From: Waterburya sp.
GTDB lineage: Bacteria; Cyanobacteriota; Cyanobacteriia; Cyanobacteriales; Xenococcaceae
DNA length: 64,000 nucleotides
Assembly: GCA_965217895.1 (NCBI GenBank)
Contig: CBDCJV010000002.1
Coordinates: forward strand, 3,936,001 to 4,000,000
Reading direction: 5' to 3'
Shown here: in pieces, positions 20,155 to 31,454 of the stretch
Numbering within the stretch: position 1 is the stretch's first letter
Layout of the letters: each line of letters starts with the position of its first letter
Made by a program: the position numbers and the translations under genes
Notes under the pieces: generated by a model
The model's input: only the letters and a program-made list of their open reading frames with translations
What the model was told of the DNA's origin: nothing
Databases searched by the model: none

Positions 20155-21084
20155 TTAGATTAGTCTCATTCCCATATTAGAAGGTTCAAATTCAGGATCG
20201 AAAAAAGTTTCGCAATTGTAGGATGCACCTTTAAAATTAGCACCTTGAACTTTGGCATTACGTAGATCCGCCCCTTCAAAGCAGACATTAACAAAATAAC
20301 CGTGTCTTAGATCGGCTTCTCTGAGGTTTGCTTGCTGAAAATTAGACCCTTCTAAATGAGCATCGGTCAAATTAACGTGATTCAAATAAGCCCCTTCAAA
20401 ATCCACTTCTTTGAGAATTGCTTTTTCTAAATTAGCGTTGGTTAAATTAACCAGTTTTAAAGACGAATTACTTAAATTAGCCTGCTTTAATTCTGCACCT
20501 GTCAAATTAGAATGATTAAGATTGACTCCTTTAAGAGTTACATTATTTAGCTTTATTTTTTTTAATTGCGATCTTTGAAAATTAGTTTCTCCTCTAATAT
20601 AATTTTTTAGTAGCTCGTAAGGAGTAGCAAAAGAAGATTTACGGGGCGACCTGTTGTTTCGACCAGGAATCAGCAGATTTTTAACCAAGAAATCGACTGT
20701 TTGTTGCTTAAGAAAACCCATTTCAACTGCTAAGTGATGAAAACGAACTTTTTCTTCTTTATTAGTTTGTTCTTCTAAAATGTAGTTAATTTGTTCTTCG
20801 CTTAAGAGCGCAGCTTGTCTAAAATAGTAAACGAGAGGATATTTTTGTTCTTGAACTATTAGTTCATACCATTTTTCTACAAAAAAGTTAGCAGTTTCTT
20901 GTTTAATCCAACCTCTTAAAGCCATAATTTCGCCAATTTTAAGATTAGGACTTTTAAATTGATCCTGTAAAGCAATTTCAATTTGTTGAGCTGAAATTAA
21001 ACCAGCTTCATTTAAAAGCTGACCTAGAGGTTGCTTATGATGATGATTTAAAACTGAAGAATCAGAGGCTAAAGGTTGATTCAT
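20155..21084 (-). CDS. Pentapeptide-repeat protein with N-terminal MshEN-like helical repeats
   Basis: C-terminal A(N/D)Lxx repeats; N-terminal PLGQLLNEAGLISAQQIEIALQDQ. Confidence 0.85.
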   Translation of the reverse strand: MNQPLASDSSVLNHHHKQPLGQLLNEAGLISAQQIEIALQDQFKSPNLKIGEIMALRGWIKQETANFFVEKWYELIVQEQKYPLVYYFRQAALLSEEQINYILEEQTNKEEKVRFHHLAVEMGFLKQQTVDFLVKNLLIPGRNNRSPRKSSFATPYELLKNYIRGETNFQRSQLKKIKLNNVTLKGVNLNHSNLTGAELKQANLSNSSLKLVNLTNANLEKAILKEVDFEGAYLNHVNLTDAHLEGSNFQQANLREADLRHGYFVNVCFEGADLRNAKVQGANFKGASYNCETFFDPEFEPSNMGMRLI

Positions 21085-21360
21085 AATTGTCTAAAAACAT
21101 AGTCCAATTATTAAATATTTTTTTAAATGCACAATCATAATTGTGTTTTTTATATTGTTAATTTTAGTCTTCTAAAAAAAGAATCGGCAACAGTAAAAAC
21201 ACTCTTGTTAATCTGTTTTTCTCTATATGGTCAATAACCTTAGCGATCGCAAAGTTGCTTGAATTGGGTTTAATTGTCATAGCTTACACTAGCAAAGCTA
21301 ATCGCAATATAGATAAACTGAAATATAGTTTAGTTTAGATAAAGGATTGATTTAAACAGG

Positions 21361-22833
21361 ATGCAGATCAAAGCAACCAATACAGCATTATTAGACTGGA
21401 CTGGCGACTTGCTAGCAGTTGGTATTTTAGAAGGTGAAACGGAGCTTCTAGGAGACTTAGCTAAATTAAATGAGAAATTAGCAGGGACAATTTCTGAATT
21501 AATTGCTGATGAAGAATTTGAGGGAAAAGCGGCTACTACTGCCATAAGCCGTGTTGGGGGCAAAAACCCCGTGCGTAAAATTGCCTTAGTTGGCTTGGGT
21601 AAAGCCGAGGATTTAAAATTAGATAGCTGGCGTGGCGCAGCAGCAGCGATCGCCCGTCTGGCGACCAAAGAAAAGACTTTAGGAATCAGTTTACCTAACG
21701 GCTCAGAATCAGCAGAAGATATCGCTCAGAGTATTACTGAAGCAATTATTCTTGCTCTTCATCAAGATAATCGCTTTAAATCTGAACCTGAAGATAAAAA
21801 ACCTAAATTAGAAACGGTCGATCTAATTGGCTTGGCAGGACAAGAACAAGCAATCTCCAACGCTCAAATCGTCGCTGATGGTGTAATCTTCGCTAGAGAA
21901 TTAGTTAATGCCCCCGCCAATGAGGTTACTCCAGTAACTATGGCTCAAAAGGCACAACAGCTAGCAAAAGAGTATGGCTTGGAAATAAAAATCTTAGAAC
22001 AAGCAGACTGTGAAAAATTTGAGCAGGGTATGGGTGCATATTTAGGAGTTGGACAAGCATCAGATATACCCCCCAAGTTTATTCATCTGACTTACAAGCC
22101 CCAAGGTACAGCTAAACGTAAAGTAGCCATTGTTGGCAAAAGCGTCACCTTTGATTCTGGCGGACTAAACCTTAAGCCTAGCGGTGGCGGCATTGAAACC
22201 ATGAAAATGGATATGGGCGGTGGTGCAGCTACTCTTGGTGCAGCAAAAGCGATCGCTAGACTTAAGCCTGATGTGGAAGTTCACTTTATCTGTGCTGCTA
22301 CAGAAAACATGATTAGCGGTAAGGCAATGCACCCAGGAGACATTCTTAAAGCCTCAAATGGTAAAACTATTGAGGTTAATAATACCGACGCAGAGGGTAG
22401 ACTTACTTTGGCAGATGCTCTAGTCTATGCAGAAAAATTAGAGGTAGATGCGATCGTCGATCTGGCAACCCTGACTGGGGCTTGTATTGTAGCTTTGGGC
22501 AACAATATTGCTGGACTGTGGAGTACGGACGATACTTTGGCTACAGAAATGAAGCAGGCTGCGGAGTTAGCAGGGGAAAAGTTTTGGCAGCTACCAATGG
22601 AAGAAAAATATTTTGAGGGCTTGAAGTCAGAGATTGCTGACATGAAAAATACTGGGCCCCGTCCTGGTGGTTCAATTACTGCTGCTTTGTTCCTCAAACA
22701 ATTTATCAAAGATACGCCTTGGATGCACTTAGATGTAGCAGGACCAGTTTGGGCAGATTCTCCTAATGGTGTTAACAATAAAGGGGCAACAGGTTTTCCT
22801 GTAAGGACTTTGGTTAACTGGGTAAATGGTTAG
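21361..22833 (+). CDS. pepA: Leucyl aminopeptidase (M17)
   Basis: [25 protein letters not shown] and ATLTGA motifs. Confidence 0.96.
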   Translation: MQIKATNTALLDWTGDLLAVGILEGETELLGDLAKLNEKLAGTISELIADEEFEGKAATTAISRVGGKNPVRKIALVGLGKAEDLKLDSWRGAAAAIARLATKEKTLGISLPNGSESAEDIAQSITEAIILALHQDNRFKSEPEDKKPKLETVDLIGLAGQEQAISNAQIVADGVIFARELVNAPANEVTPVTMAQKAQQLAKEYGLEIKILEQADCEKFEQGMGAYLGVGQASDIPPKFIHLTYKPQGTAKRKVAIVGKSVTFDSGGLNLKPSGGGIETMKMDMGGGAATLGAAKAIARLKPDVEVHFICAATENMISGKAMHPGDILKASNGKTIEVNNTDAEGRLTLADALVYAEKLEVDAIVDLATLTGACIVALGNNIAGLWSTDDTLATEMKQAAELAGEKFWQLPMEEKYFEGLKSEIADMKNTGPRPGGSITAALFLKQFIKDTPWMHLDVAGPVWADSPNGVNNKGATGFPVRTLVNWVNG

Positions 22834-23046
22834 ATTTGTTTGGTCGATCTTCGATCTGCTTAAGTCATAGCTGGAAACTGTTTCTTGAAAATTACAAATA
22901 TTGATAAAAATTTAACAAAAGCGTATCCCAGGATACACAATGACTAAAATATAGTTGTTAATTTTGTTAATGAATTTCAATACCAAAACTGAAAATATTG
23001 GTTTAGGATTGAGGCGATCGCCAAAAAGCGATTATTTTTTTAAGGT

Positions 23047-24660
23047 GTGAGGAAAATGTTGAAAATATTACGTAATTTGTTGTTGGCATCTCCAGCAATA
23101 GTAGCTTTGGTATTAGGCTGTGAATTATCAGCCTCTGCTCAGTCAGTCTCAGAAATAGAAGACAATACCCAACTGCTAGATCAAATCAATAACTATAGTC
23201 AAGAAGGGAAGACCAATCCTCGTAATCAGGTAACTAACGTCAATCAGTTAAGAGATGTTTCTCCTACAGATTGGGCTTATGAAGCTTTACGTAGTTTAGT
23301 CGATCGCTATGGCTGTATTGCTGGTTATCCAAACCAAACCTATCGTGGCGGTCAACCCCTAACTCGTTATGAGTTTGCTGCTGGTTTGAACTCTTGCTTA
23401 AACCAAATTGAACGCTTGATTGCTTCTCAAGGATCGGTTAGTCAAGAAGACCTTGATACTATCAATCGTCTTCAACAAGAGTTTGAAGCAGAATTGGCTA
23501 CCTTGGGTGGTCGGGTTGACGAACTTGAAAGTCGCACTGCTACTTTAGAAGATAATCAGTTTTCTACTACTACCAAATTAGAAGGAGAAGCCGTTTTTGG
23601 GATCAGCAATGATTTTAATAACACCGATCTGAACAAGACAGTATTTCAAGATAGGATACGTTTAGCTTTTGTATCTAGTTTCTTTGGAAAAGATTCTCTA
23701 TACACTCGTATTGATGCTTCAAACGCTGGATTTGGTTTTCAAACCAAAGACGGAAATGGAGATCCTGTCGATCTTCAAACTGGTGCTTTAACCTATCAGA
23801 CTGCTGACAGCGGTAACGATATTGCTATCGGCTGGTTGGCTTATTATTTTCCCGTCGGTGAAAAAATCGATGTCTACCTACCTGCTGCTTTCCCTCTATG
23901 GGTTGACTTTGTTCCTTCTTTAAGTCCCTATTTAGACTCTTTTACTGGTGCAACTGGTTCTCTTTCTAGTTTTGCTGAGTCTAGCCCTATCTATAAGATT
24001 GGTCTGCCTTCGGGTGGTGGTATTGGTTTTAACTTCAAACCTCTAGATTTTGTAACCATTAGTGCTGGTTACTTTGGTGGAGATACTGCTAACCCAATTG
24101 GGGCTCAAGATGGTGGCTTATTCAACGAAGAATATTCTGCTTTGGGTCAGGTTACTCTTAGCCTCTTAGATGAAAAGCTACAGATAGCTGGAACTTATGT
24201 CTTAGGTCAGTTTGCTGCGACTGATAATACTATTTATGACTTAGGGGTGGGTACTGCTTTGGCAAGACAGCCTTTTGGCGATGGTGTTAGAGTTGCTTCT
24301 AACTCCTATGGTGTAGAAGCTGCATATCAACTGGGAGACAAGCTTGCCCTAAATGCTTTTGGTATGTATAGTAATACTAAAGAAGCTGCTGGCAACGGTA
24401 ATGCAGATATATGGTCTTACGGTGCTGGGCTTTCATTCCCTGATTTTGGCAAAGAAGGTAATCTCGCTGCTATATTTGCTGGTGTAGAACCTTATGCAGG
24501 AGATGAAAGCAACCCTATTCACCTTGAAGGCTTGTATAAATATCAGTTCAGTGACAACATCTCTGTTACTCCAGGTGTGGTTTATATAATCAATCCTAAC
24601 GGTAATAGTACGGACGATGATGGCATAATCGGTGTGCTTAGAACAACCTTTACTTTCTAG
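23047..24660 (+). CDS. Cyanobacterial outer-membrane porin (SLH + OprB-like)
   Basis: DVSPTDWAYEAL SLH domain, TRYEFAAGL, QFSTTTKL and C-terminal LRTTFTF. Confidence 0.95.
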   Translation: MRKMLKILRNLLLASPAIVALVLGCELSASAQSVSEIEDNTQLLDQINNYSQEGKTNPRNQVTNVNQLRDVSPTDWAYEALRSLVDRYGCIAGYPNQTYRGGQPLTRYEFAAGLNSCLNQIERLIASQGSVSQEDLDTINRLQQEFEAELATLGGRVDELESRTATLEDNQFSTTTKLEGEAVFGISNDFNNTDLNKTVFQDRIRLAFVSSFFGKDSLYTRIDASNAGFGFQTKDGNGDPVDLQTGALTYQTADSGNDIAIGWLAYYFPVGEKIDVYLPAAFPLWVDFVPSLSPYLDSFTGATGSLSSFAESSPIYKIGLPSGGGIGFNFKPLDFVTISAGYFGGDTANPIGAQDGGLFNEEYSALGQVTLSLLDEKLQIAGTYVLGQFAATDNTIYDLGVGTALARQPFGDGVRVASNSYGVEAAYQLGDKLALNAFGMYSNTKEAAGNGNADIWSYGAGLSFPDFGKEGNLAAIFAGVEPYAGDESNPIHLEGLYKYQFSDNISVTPGVVYIINPNGNSTDDDGIIGVLRTTFTF

Positions 24661-24704
24661 AAAAGTAGCTTTTGAGTATTTTATTATTTATCAATAATTT
24701 TGTT

Positions 24705-24737
24705 AACCACAGTTAAATAACTAACTGTGGTTTTTTT
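24705..24737 (+). terminator. Intrinsic terminator of porin gene
   Basis: aaccacagtta/taactgtggtt stem followed by a T-run. Confidence 0.8.
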
Positions 24738-24761
24738 AATTAATGAACCTAAGTTCGAGAT

Positions 24762-24904
24762 ATAGCAATCGAATCCTAGATCGGGACATCTTTTAATTTC
24801 TTTGCGTCTTTTTCAAGACTCCGCGTCGGCGACGCGGGTAGATGCGGGAGAATTCCTTTCTCGAATCTACTTGTTACTTTTTCCCAAAACCAACTGGTTG
24901 CTAT
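24762..24904. repeat. MITE-like element (atagcaa...ttgctat ends)
   Basis: Short terminal inverted repeats and internal palindrome ccgcgtcggcgacgcgg; related ends at 30657 and 48254. Confidence 0.55.
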
Positions 24905-24962
24905 CTAAAATGACTATATATTCTTTGAACGCTCTCATTGAGATAATTTAGATTGGCTTAAA

Positions 24963-25847
24963 ATGAACAAAAAACCAGAAATACCTTTGGCAAACTTTAA
25001 TGAAGCTGAATATATTCGATTGAATCGAGATATATCAGATGCAGTGCAGCGAGGCGATTTTGCATCTGGCTGGGAACACTATTTGAGGTTTGGAATCAAT
25101 GAAGAAAGACCTGGATTAAGCCAGACAAGCGCAATTGTCGAGCAGCTAACAAAAAGTGTTGTTTCTATACCCGTTCCACCTCCTGTCTTAAGGACTAGAG
25201 TACATGGTGCAGAAGCAATGTCGGAGTTTCATAAAATAGGTAAGGTAGTTGCCCTAGATCTTGAATCTACTATTTATTCTAATCGTATTCAGCTTGGCGA
25301 TCGCAGTAAGATCCTCGACTTTGGCTGTGGTTGTGGTCGAATTATTACCTGGTTTCAAAATCTCTATCCCCAGAGCAAGTTTTACGGGACTGATATAGAT
25401 GGTGAAGCCATAGCTTGGTGTCAGTCAAATCTGGCAGATCGAGGGGAATTTTTAGTAAATGAAAACCTACCGCCATTACCCTTTGCCGATGATTTTTTCG
25501 ATCTGGTATACTCTATTTCTATATTTACTCATCTACCCGAAGAGATGCAGTTGGTCTGGCTCAAAGAACTAAATAGAGTTTGCAGAAAAGGGGCGTATTT
25601 ACTATTGACTGTTCATGGAGCGCATTGTTTTCCTGTGAAGACAGAAGAAGCAAAAGCTAAATTCGCTCATAACGGCTTTTATTACTTGGTAGGTGATGGC
25701 ACCAGCGGACTACCAGAATTTTATCAAAACTGTTATCACACTGAAGCCTATATTCGCGATCGCTGGAGTGATTTTTTTGAAATTAGGCAAATTGTTACTA
25801 AAAAAGTTGCTAACTTTCAAGATTTAGTTATCTGTTCTAATAAGTAA
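24963..25847 (+). CDS. Class I SAM-dependent methyltransferase with N-terminal FNEAEY...HYLRFG module
   Basis: ILDFGCGCG, GTDID and FDLVYSISIFTHL motifs. Confidence 0.9.
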   Translation: MNKKPEIPLANFNEAEYIRLNRDISDAVQRGDFASGWEHYLRFGINEERPGLSQTSAIVEQLTKSVVSIPVPPPVLRTRVHGAEAMSEFHKIGKVVALDLESTIYSNRIQLGDRSKILDFGCGCGRIITWFQNLYPQSKFYGTDIDGEAIAWCQSNLADRGEFLVNENLPPLPFADDFFDLVYSISIFTHLPEEMQLVWLKELNRVCRKGAYLLLTVHGAHCFPVKTEEAKAKFAHNGFYYLVGDGTSGLPEFYQNCYHTEAYIRDRWSDFFEIRQIVTKKVANFQDLVICSNK

Positions 25848-25864
25848 ACAGTACCCCTCTGAAC

Positions 25865-25920
25865 GCCAATATAAAACCAGAGCAGGAGAAGTTCTTATCT
25901 TGCTCTGGTTTTATATTGGC
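25865..25920. terminator. 20-bp perfect hairpin between convergent genes
   Basis: gccaatataaaaccagagca / tgctctggttttatattggc. Confidence 0.7.
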
Positions 25921-26051
25921 AATGCTTTAAATTTTAGTTTTTCAACGCTTTACTATTACTAACGTAGAAACGGATCATCTCTAAAAAAAGTAAAGTAAAA
26001 TTAATTTACTTTTTTTCTCAAAGCGTTGGCTTCTTAATTTAGCGAATGCGC

Positions 26052-26336
26052 TTAGAAACGGTTGTTACGACGACCACCGCTATTTCTATTATCTTCACGG
26101 GGTCTAGCTTTATTGACTTTAAGCTGACGATCCATCCATTCTGCTCCATCTAAAGCTTCAATAGCTTTATCTTCATTAGCTTCTGACTCCATTTCTACAA
26201 AAGCAAATCCTCTAGGACGATCTGTTTCGCGATCTGTAGGAATATGAACCCGTTTAACAGTTCCATATTCTGTAAAGACTTCGCTTAAATCTTCTTGATT
26301 TACTTCGTAAGATAGGTTGCCTACGTAAATTGACAT
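26052..26336 (-). CDS. RRM RNA-binding protein (Rbp, class I)
   Basis: SIYVGNL (RNP2), RGFAFVEM (RNP1) and a short R/G tail. Confidence 0.95.
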   Translation of the reverse strand: MSIYVGNLSYEVNQEDLSEVFTEYGTVKRVHIPTDRETDRPRGFAFVEMESEANEDKAIEALDGAEWMDRQLKVNKARPREDNRNSGGRRNNRF

Positions 26337-26895
26337 ACTTTTAATTGTCTACTCAATGAGTGTTGTGTGTTAGAGAGACAAGATTATAGGAAAAGAAATA
26401 GCGCAATACTCTACGGAAAAGACCTTTAGATACTGGATACAAACTTAATCGTTAATCTCTTGATTCTCAGTCTAAATATTAACACTAATATTTAAATAAG
26501 AGCAAAATTGCACTATTTCTTTTTTTACGGGCGATCGCATTTTTAGATAGTTCTAGCTTCCAAACCTAGTCTCTCAGTAATTTCCATCCATTTTTGTCCT
26601 ATGCGTCCAACTGATTAATTATTTTTAAGACTGCGATAAAATCATAAAATTTATAACGATTTATAACGCAATAGTTCGGACAGTTTTTGACAAAAGCTCA
26701 CAAAGCCTAATTGATAGTTGATTATTTTGGTCTAGAGTAAGGCTAAAGTACCTATTTTTCCTTTTAAATTTTGTCCGAACCATTAATGGCGATGCTCAAA
26801 CAGATTTGTTGATCGTGTTTGCTACTAACCACATTAAACTAGTAGACGTGGACGTAATGTGGAGTAACCATTTATTTACGTTCAAGTCTACTAGT

Positions 26896-27945
26896 TTATT
26901 TGAGCATCTTGTTAATAGAAGAAACTCCTGAGTTATTAGATTTAAATGTAGTTTGAGAGAATAAAAGATAGCCAGAAAGACCTAAAGCAACAACCGCAGC
27001 TAATCCGCTGATAATTGCCCAACGTCTAGCGGTTGTTATCTGTTTCTCTACATCCCTAAAAGAAGATTTTAAAGGATTAACAACAGACATTAGCTCATGG
27101 CGATATTTGGCTTCATTTTCTTCCATTGAAGGGCGCATTTCATCTCTTTGTACTGCCCATTCTTGTAGTGCCGCTCTTTGGCGAGACCAATCATCTAGTG
27201 CGCTAGACAACTTATTATCTAAATCTTGTTTGAGGTTATTAATTTGTTGATTAAACTGCGCGCTCAAATTACGATTTGCTTGATTGAATTGACCATTAAC
27301 ATTAATAAGCTCTTTGCGTACCGATTCCCAGCTTGATTGATTTTTATGTTCTAGCTCACCAATTTTATTAGTTTGGTTAGTATTAAACTTGTCTTCAAGT
27401 TCAGTAATACGCTGTTCAAACTTTTGTTCTAACTGTTGTAAAAAATCAGTATTAGACAAAGACTTTTCATGTTCTCGAATTTGATTTTGAAGTTTATGAC
27501 GATAAGTTTCTAACAATTCATCTAGCTGAGCTTGTAAAGAATCTAAATCAACATTTTTAGTAGCAGGTTCAAGTAAATTAATATTATCGTAAACTGAACG
27601 AATCTTAAGAACTAGCTCTTCGGCTGTGGTGTTTTTTAGTAAGTAACCCTTTGCTCCTGCTCGCAGAGATTTCCCTAAATAAGCATCATCATCATGACCG
27701 CTTAAAACAATTATTTTGGTATCAGGGAAACGCTGGCAAATAATGCTAGTTGCGTTCAGACCGTCCATTTTAGGCATATCAATATCCATCAAGACGATAT
27801 TAGGCTGCAATTCCTCTACTTGGGCGATCGCTTCATGACCATTATGAGCAACTCCTATTACCTGGAGATCTTTTTCAACGTCAAGCCAAGTTTTTAAAAC
27901 CTCACATAAAAGAGCCTGATCGTCTACTAATAAAATATTAATCAT
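26896..27945 (-). CDS. Response regulator: NarL-type receiver, coiled coil, C-terminal transmembrane helix
   Basis: LLVDD, MDIDMP and GAKGYLLK motifs; Q/E/L-rich heptads; WAIISGLAAVVALGLSGYLLF. Confidence 0.85.
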   Translation of the reverse strand: MINILLVDDQALLCEVLKTWLDVEKDLQVIGVAHNGHEAIAQVEELQPNIVLMDIDMPKMDGLNATSIICQRFPDTKIIVLSGHDDDAYLGKSLRAGAKGYLLKNTTAEELVLKIRSVYDNINLLEPATKNVDLDSLQAQLDELLETYRHKLQNQIREHEKSLSNTDFLQQLEQKFEQRITELEDKFNTNQTNKIGELEHKNQSSWESVRKELINVNGQFNQANRNLSAQFNQQINNLKQDLDNKLSSALDDWSRQRAALQEWAVQRDEMRPSMEENEAKYRHELMSVVNPLKSSFRDVEKQITTARRWAIISGLAAVVALGLSGYLLFSQTTFKSNNSGVSSINKMLK

Positions 27946-28428
27946 TAAATATACCTGTGTAACTTAAATTACTGCGAAAACACAATTTAAATTTATATTT
28001 CAAATTATATTAATTGATAACTTGGTCAAAAAATCAATGCACACGCACTCTTTAATCGATTGTAAAGATTAGTTTATCAAAATGTAATTAAGCTATTTTA
28101 TCTGGCTAATGTAGGCAAATTAAATTTTAGTATTGATTGCTAAAGTTACTAATTTATAATGTTTTTAAACGATGAACAAATATTTAGTTATCCGATTGCT
28201 TAAAAGATAGTCTACATTACGTTGCTAATTGAATCAATTAAAACTCAACTTATAAGTATGTAATTCAAGACATAATTAAAGACATAATTCGCAAACGTGC
28301 AAGAAGATAGGGAAGGTACAATCCAAAATATAAACCGAGCTAGTTTAGGTATTCCATCTTTGCTATAAGATTACATAAATCTATGACAATGATGTAGAAC
28401 ATATTTAGAACCGTATTTTGCTGACTTT

Positions 28429-30012
28429 ATGGAAACAATTTTTTTATCTGTAGAACCGAGTGTAGCCGAAGTTTCCATCAAAGGAAATTTAGAGCAATTT
28501 TTAATAGTTTTGTCTGTATCCTTAAGCGTAGCAACGATTTCCAGGATTTTTAGCTGGTTTCGACAAATACCCTATACGCTGCTTCTAGTAATTGTCGGAC
28601 TAGGTTTAGCTTTTGTGGATATTCGCTTGGTAACTCTCTCTCCAGAGCTGATTCTAGAGATTTTCTTACCCCCTTTGCTATTTGAAGCAGCTTGGAATAT
28701 CCGCTGGCGAAGTTTAAAAGATAGTTTATTTCCAGTTAGTTTGTTTGCCATTGTGGGAGTAGTTATCTCTGTGGTTGGGGTAGCCTTCTCTTTGAGCTAT
28801 TTTACAGATATGTCTTTGGCTACAGCACTTTTAGTTGGTGCAAGCTTGTCTGCTACCGATCCTGTCTCGGTGGTGGCATTGTTTAGAGAATTGGGAGCAA
28901 GTAAACGCCTAACTATTCTTATGGAAGGAGAAAGCCTTTTTAATGATGGTGTGGCGGTAGTTGCCTTTTTGCTCTTGGTTAATATTCCCTTGGGCAATGG
29001 CGAGTTTGGTATCTCGACTATTATGATTCGCTTTTTGACCTTCGTGGGTATTGGCTTAGGTATCGGCAGCCTAGTTGGTTTTGGGATCTCTTATCTGACT
29101 CAAAGATTTGATTTGCCTTTGGTAGAGCAGTCTTTAACCTTAGTTTCGGCTTATGGTACATATTTAATTACCGAAGAATTAGGTGGTTCTGGAGTAATTG
29201 GGGTTGTTACAGTGGGGATTATCCTGGGTAATTTTGGCTCGCGAATTGGCATGAATCCTCGTACCAGGCTTTTGGTTTCCGAGTTCTGGGATTTTCTGGC
29301 ATTTTTTGTTAATTCTATTGTTTTCTTACTAATTGGCGATCAAATAAACTTTTCCAGCCTGCGTAATAACTTTGATTTAATTATAGTAGCGATCGCATCA
29401 GTATTAGTTACTAGAGCGATCGTTATTTTTGGCTTGGGCAATCTTAGTAATTTAGTCAGCAAAACTAAAACCAATCTGCGAGAACAAACTGTTCTTTGGT
29501 GGGGTGGCTTAAGGGGTTCGGTTTCTATTGCCGTAGCTTTAAGTGTCCCTGTAGTTCTTACGGGAAGACAAGAAATTATTACTACAGTTTTTGGAGTGGT
29601 TTTATTTACGCTGTTGGTACAAGGGTTGAGTACTAAGTGGTTATTAAGCACCCTAAGTCTAATTGGCGATCAGCCTTTGCGTCAGGAATACTCGGAATTA
29701 CTGGCAAGAAAAGTAGCTATGAATCGCGTTCTTGACTATTTAAACAATAATGAATTAGCTTCAGAAATTGATCCTGAATACTATCGTTATCAACAGGGAC
29801 TAGTAAAAGGGCAACTGCAAAATATTGAAGACAAAATTGATAAGATACAGCGAGAAAATGACAATCTCCGCGCTTTAACTATGGAACAGCTAAACGAACA
29901 GCTTTTAGACATTGAAGCTGATACCTACGCTGAGTTTATTCGAGCAGGAAAATTAAACGAAAATCTCTCTCCTGTTTTACAAGAAATTATTGCTAAAGCT
30001 GGAGATACTTAA
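28429..30012 (+). CDS. CPA1 Na+/H+ antiporter (NhaP/NhaS1-like)
   Basis: FLPPLLFEAA, SATDPVSV, EGESLFNDG and GGLRG motifs. Confidence 0.95.
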   Translation: METIFLSVEPSVAEVSIKGNLEQFLIVLSVSLSVATISRIFSWFRQIPYTLLLVIVGLGLAFVDIRLVTLSPELILEIFLPPLLFEAAWNIRWRSLKDSLFPVSLFAIVGVVISVVGVAFSLSYFTDMSLATALLVGASLSATDPVSVVALFRELGASKRLTILMEGESLFNDGVAVVAFLLLVNIPLGNGEFGISTIMIRFLTFVGIGLGIGSLVGFGISYLTQRFDLPLVEQSLTLVSAYGTYLITEELGGSGVIGVVTVGIILGNFGSRIGMNPRTRLLVSEFWDFLAFFVNSIVFLLIGDQINFSSLRNNFDLIIVAIASVLVTRAIVIFGLGNLSNLVSKTKTNLREQTVLWWGGLRGSVSIAVALSVPVVLTGRQEIITTVFGVVLFTLLVQGLSTKWLLSTLSLIGDQPLRQEYSELLARKVAMNRVLDYLNNNELASEIDPEYYRYQQGLVKGQLQNIEDKIDKIQRENDNLRALTMEQLNEQLLDIEADTYAEFIRAGKLNENLSPVLQEIIAKAGDT

Positions 30013-30144
30013 TTTCGGTTGCTTATTGATAATTAATTATTTTCAGGCGTTTTTAGTCGAGCATCTTCTTTGCACAATCGCTATTTTTTTCTCACTTTAG
30101 CTAGAATTTAATTACTGTCTCAAAATTTCTCCGAAAAATAAGAT

Positions 30145-30519
30145 ATGACATCAGCTAAGAATGTTTTGGGTGGAGAACTTAAAGTTTGTTGCACATCGCC
30201 CATGACAGGATTTTATCGCACAGGAAAATGTGAAACAGGTCCTCAAGACCAAGGCGTTCACGTAATTTGCACCGAAGTTACTGCTAAGTTTTTGGCTTTC
30301 AGCAAAGAAAGGGGCAACGATCTCACTACTCCTATGCCAATGTATAATTTTCCTGGGTTAAAACCAGGGGATTGCTGGTGTTTATGTGCATTGCGCTGGA
30401 AAGAAGCTTTAGATGCGGGTTTTGCTCCACCAATCAACTTAGAAGCCACCCATGAATCGATGCTAAATTACGTTCCTTTGGAAGTTCTCAAAGAACATTC
30501 TATGAACTTGGCAAAATAA
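30145..30519 (+). CDS. DUF2237 family protein
   Basis: NVLGGEL, PMTGFYRTG, GNDLTTP and WCLCALRW motifs. Confidence 0.9.
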   Translation: MTSAKNVLGGELKVCCTSPMTGFYRTGKCETGPQDQGVHVICTEVTAKFLAFSKERGNDLTTPMPMYNFPGLKPGDCWCLCALRWKEALDAGFAPPINLEATHESMLNYVPLEVLKEHSMNLAK

Positions 30520-30656
30520 TCAAAAAAAGGCATTGCCAAATCCATGAGGTGATCCCACTTTCCATCAAGTAGGATAATGTCTGAAAGTGAAAACACCGTT
30601 GTTTCAACGGTAAAACCATTAAAACAACGAGCCTGGAAATACGCTTCGTAATGACG

Positions 30657-30764
30657 TATAGCAATAGGTGCTTGTATTAGGACATTTGTTACTTGTTGCT
30701 TACGAGCAGTTCATTTTTTCTTAACCAGTCTTAAAGATGCTACGTCTTGACACTTCGGGCTATA
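30657..30764. repeat. MITE-like element (tatagc...gctata)
   Basis: Left end tatagcaatag...ttaggaca resembles the left end at 48254. Confidence 0.5.
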
Positions 30765-30936
30765 ATTATATCTACAGAAACCTTGCCAATAGGTGCTTTG
30801 AATTGATTTTCTAAAAACATGAATAATGCCCAAGTTCTACCCAAAAAAACCAATCGATTGATGTGGAAGTATGTTAGGCTAATTAAACCGATAAGAAATA
30901 AAAACGTATTTAGATAGTTGTAACTCTTGTTTATCA

Positions 30937-31010
30937 CGGGATGTAGCGCAGCTTGGTAGCGCGCCTGCTTTGGGAGCAGGATGTCGCAGGTTCAAATCCT
31001 GTCATCCCGA
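30937..31010 (+). tRNA. trnP: tRNA-Pro(UGG)
   Basis: Acceptor stem cgggatg/catcccg, anticodon arm cctgc-tttggga-gcagg, T-loop ttcaaat. CCA not encoded. Confidence 0.97.
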
Positions 31011-31454
31011 TTCATACAGAATAAAGTTTAGGTGAATTTGGTTTTATTGGGATATTAAGTACAGGTCACATTATGACCCAATTTATAATAGGTTCACCTA
31101 ATCTTCATTCCAATATTTACCCTTGATAAATCTAACTGCATACCACAAAAAATAGAGCTAATAGCGATCGCTTCAGAGAGAATAGGGTATAAAGAGGATA
31201 GTTTAAAAGCCAATATGTAGGCGCAAAATATTGTTTTTGTCGAACTTTTACAGAACCAAGCCACAACCGCCAAAAGCTATGTGGAGTCAATGCTTATTAG
31301 TCAACTAATTTAAAATGAGGGTTTGAATCGCCCCTTTCCATACAAACAATACTTCTGGCTTTATTCTGGGAATTAAATAATTCACGAACAATTTTAGGAT
31401 CAGAAAAATCCTATACTATTTATTTAACTGGAAATATCAACGATATCTAACTTA

